From: a bacterium | Lineage (GTDB): Bacteria; Patescibacteriota; Minisyncoccia; Phycocordibacterales; Phycocordibacteraceae | Direction of reading: 5' to 3' | Assembly (NCBI GenBank): GCA_021802705.1 | Contig: JAJZRL010000001.1 | Location: forward strand, 20,379-84,378 | Length of the DNA stretch: 64,000 nucleotides | In this document: positions 63,144 through 64,000 of the stretch, piece after piece | Layout: each line of letters starts with the position of its first letter | Numbering within the stretch: the stretch's first letter is position 1 | Notes under the pieces: model-generated | The model's input: only the letters and a program-made list of their open reading frames with translations | The model's database searches: none | What the model was told of the DNA's origin: nothing | Program-made: the position numbers and the translations under genes

Positions 63144-63995
63144 TTACAACGCCGCCATCGAGGCGATACTGTCGCCTTCGTAAAGCTTCATCACGCGGAC
63201 GCCCTGGGTCGCGCGGGAAAGCTGGGAGATTTCCGCTACGCTCGTGCGGATCACCTGCCCTTTTTTCGAGACCACGACAATCTCGTCGCTATCGTTTTTA
63301 TCGTTCACCACTTTCGCACCGATGATCTCACCGGTCTTCGTTGTGACCTCGGCGGTCTTCACGCCCGAGCCGCCGCGGCCTTGTACCTTGTATTCGGAGA
63401 GCGCCGTGCGCTTGCCATAGCCTTTGCTCATGATGACGAGAAGCGAAGAATGGCCGGCTTCTTCCGCCTTGATGACTTCGGCAGAAACGACGCGATCCCC
63501 TTTCCTGACCGCCATGCCCTTCACGCCGCCTGCGGTGCGGCCCATCTCGCGCACGTCTTCGACCGAGAACCGGATCGACTGCCCTTTCGCCGACACGATC
63601 GAAACCGTATCGCCTTCCGTCGCGAGATTCGCGGAAACGAGCCTGTCCGAACCCTTGAGATTGATCGCGATGATGCCCGAGCGGCGCACGTCGGCGAAAG
63701 ACTTTGCCGCGACGCGCTTCACCACGCCGCCTTCCGTCACGAAGACGACCGATGCCGCGTCGAGCGCCGCGCCTTTCGGAACCGGTAGGATCGAAGTTAC
63801 CTTCTCGTCAGACGCGAGCGAAAGGAAGTTCATGATGCTCTTGCCCTTGGTGGCGCGGCGACCTTCAGGAAGCTCGTACATCTTGAGCTGGTATGCCTTG
63901 CCGAAGTCGGTAAAGAAGAGGAGGTCGCTATGCGCCGAAGCGACAAGGAAGTGCGTAACGACGTCTTCTTCCTTGGTTGCGATATCAACGACGCC
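63144..63995 (-). CDS. gyrA: DNA gyrase subunit A C-terminal beta-pinwheel domain (3' part of gene; upstream part beyond window)
   Basis: Repeated blade motifs (...FFTDFGKAYQLKMYELPEGRRATKGKSIMNFLSL...VTSILPV...). In my reading an in-frame TAG occurs at 63996-63998, right at the window edge. Confidence 0.6.
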   Translation of the reverse strand, partial: GVVDIATKEEDVVTHFLVASAHSDLLFFTDFGKAYQLKMYELPEGRRATKGKSIMNFLSLASDEKVTSILPVPKGAALDAASVVFVTEGGVVKRVAAKSFADVRRSGIIAINLKGSDRLVSANLATEGDTVSIVSAKGQSIRFSVEDVREMGRTAGGVKGMAVRKGDRVVSAEVIKAEEAGHSSLLVIMSKGYGKRTALSEYKVQGRGGSGVKTAEVTTKTGEIIGAKVVNDKNDSDEIVVVSKKGQVIRTSVAEISQLSRATQGVRVMKLYEGDSIASMAAL

Positions 63996-64000
63996 TACGC

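Noticed and set aside
63996-63998. In-frame TAG inside the gyrA C-terminal domain reading frame at the extreme window edge
   Set aside because: This could indicate a gyrA frameshift/pseudogene. It is 3 nt from the window end, the sequence line appears to carry one extra base, and I cannot verify the upstream reading. Most likely an edge/reading artefact.
1-64000. Search for CRISPR arrays, rRNA, IS/transposase or integrase genes
   Set aside because: No regular repeat-spacer arrays, no rRNA-like segments and no transposase/integrase-like ORFs were recognised in any frame.

Overview
The window is GC-rich (about 55-60% by eye) and densely packed, with most genes on the minus strand. Long antisense 'shadow' ORFs are common, as expected at this GC content.

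The backbone is housekeeping: a partial pip-like hydrolase at the left edge; a PAS histidine kinase with a tandem-REC response regulator, STAS and DUF1059; a nitronate monooxygenase; ddl; overlapping uvrC/uvrA; uvrB overlapping tgt; FKBP; DedA; ZIP; DsbA; a lytic transglycosylase; a membrane-anchored nirK; dnaX; dus; an ftsQ-like gene; serS; dprA; topA; relA/spoT; parB; peroxiredoxin; miaA; rpmG; clpB; cysteine desulfurase; a short N-terminally truncated infB with rbfA; an SPFH pair; a SAM methyltransferase; and a partial gyrA C-terminal domain at the right edge.

I folded fourteen tRNAs by hand: Ala-GGC, Ala-CGC, Ala-TGC, a tandem Pro-GGG/Pro-CGG pair, Val-CAC, Gln-TTG, Leu-CAA, Trp-CCA, and a cluster of Cys-GCA, Leu-TAA, Lys-CTT and Leu-TAG.

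The truncated core proteins (IF-2 with no N-terminal domain, short UvrC), the VirB4-like ATPase and the many VirB2/TrbC-like small membrane proteins are consistent with a Patescibacteria (CPR)-like genome. That placement is inference only.

Three accessory features stand out.
1. A compact, lower-GC minus-strand locus at 33.8-36.75 kb looks like an undescribed peptide-modification (RiPP-like) cluster. It has a small Arg-rich candidate precursor ORF, an attenuator-like hairpin, an RRE-fused MccB/ThiF-like E1 adenylyltransferase, an RRE-fused arginase-family hydrolase (peptide-arginase-like), a terminator, a decayed C39-peptidase fragment and a RimL-like GNAT.
2. A type-IV-secretion-like module contains a VirB4/TraC-like ATPase and an 802-aa membrane-anchored low-complexity protein.
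3. A translationally coupled array of six VirB2/TrbC-like 'pilin' paralogs, one carrying triplicated Cys-rich repeats, sits with a solitary solute-binding protein. Elsewhere there is a pilin-like/lysozyme-like fusion.
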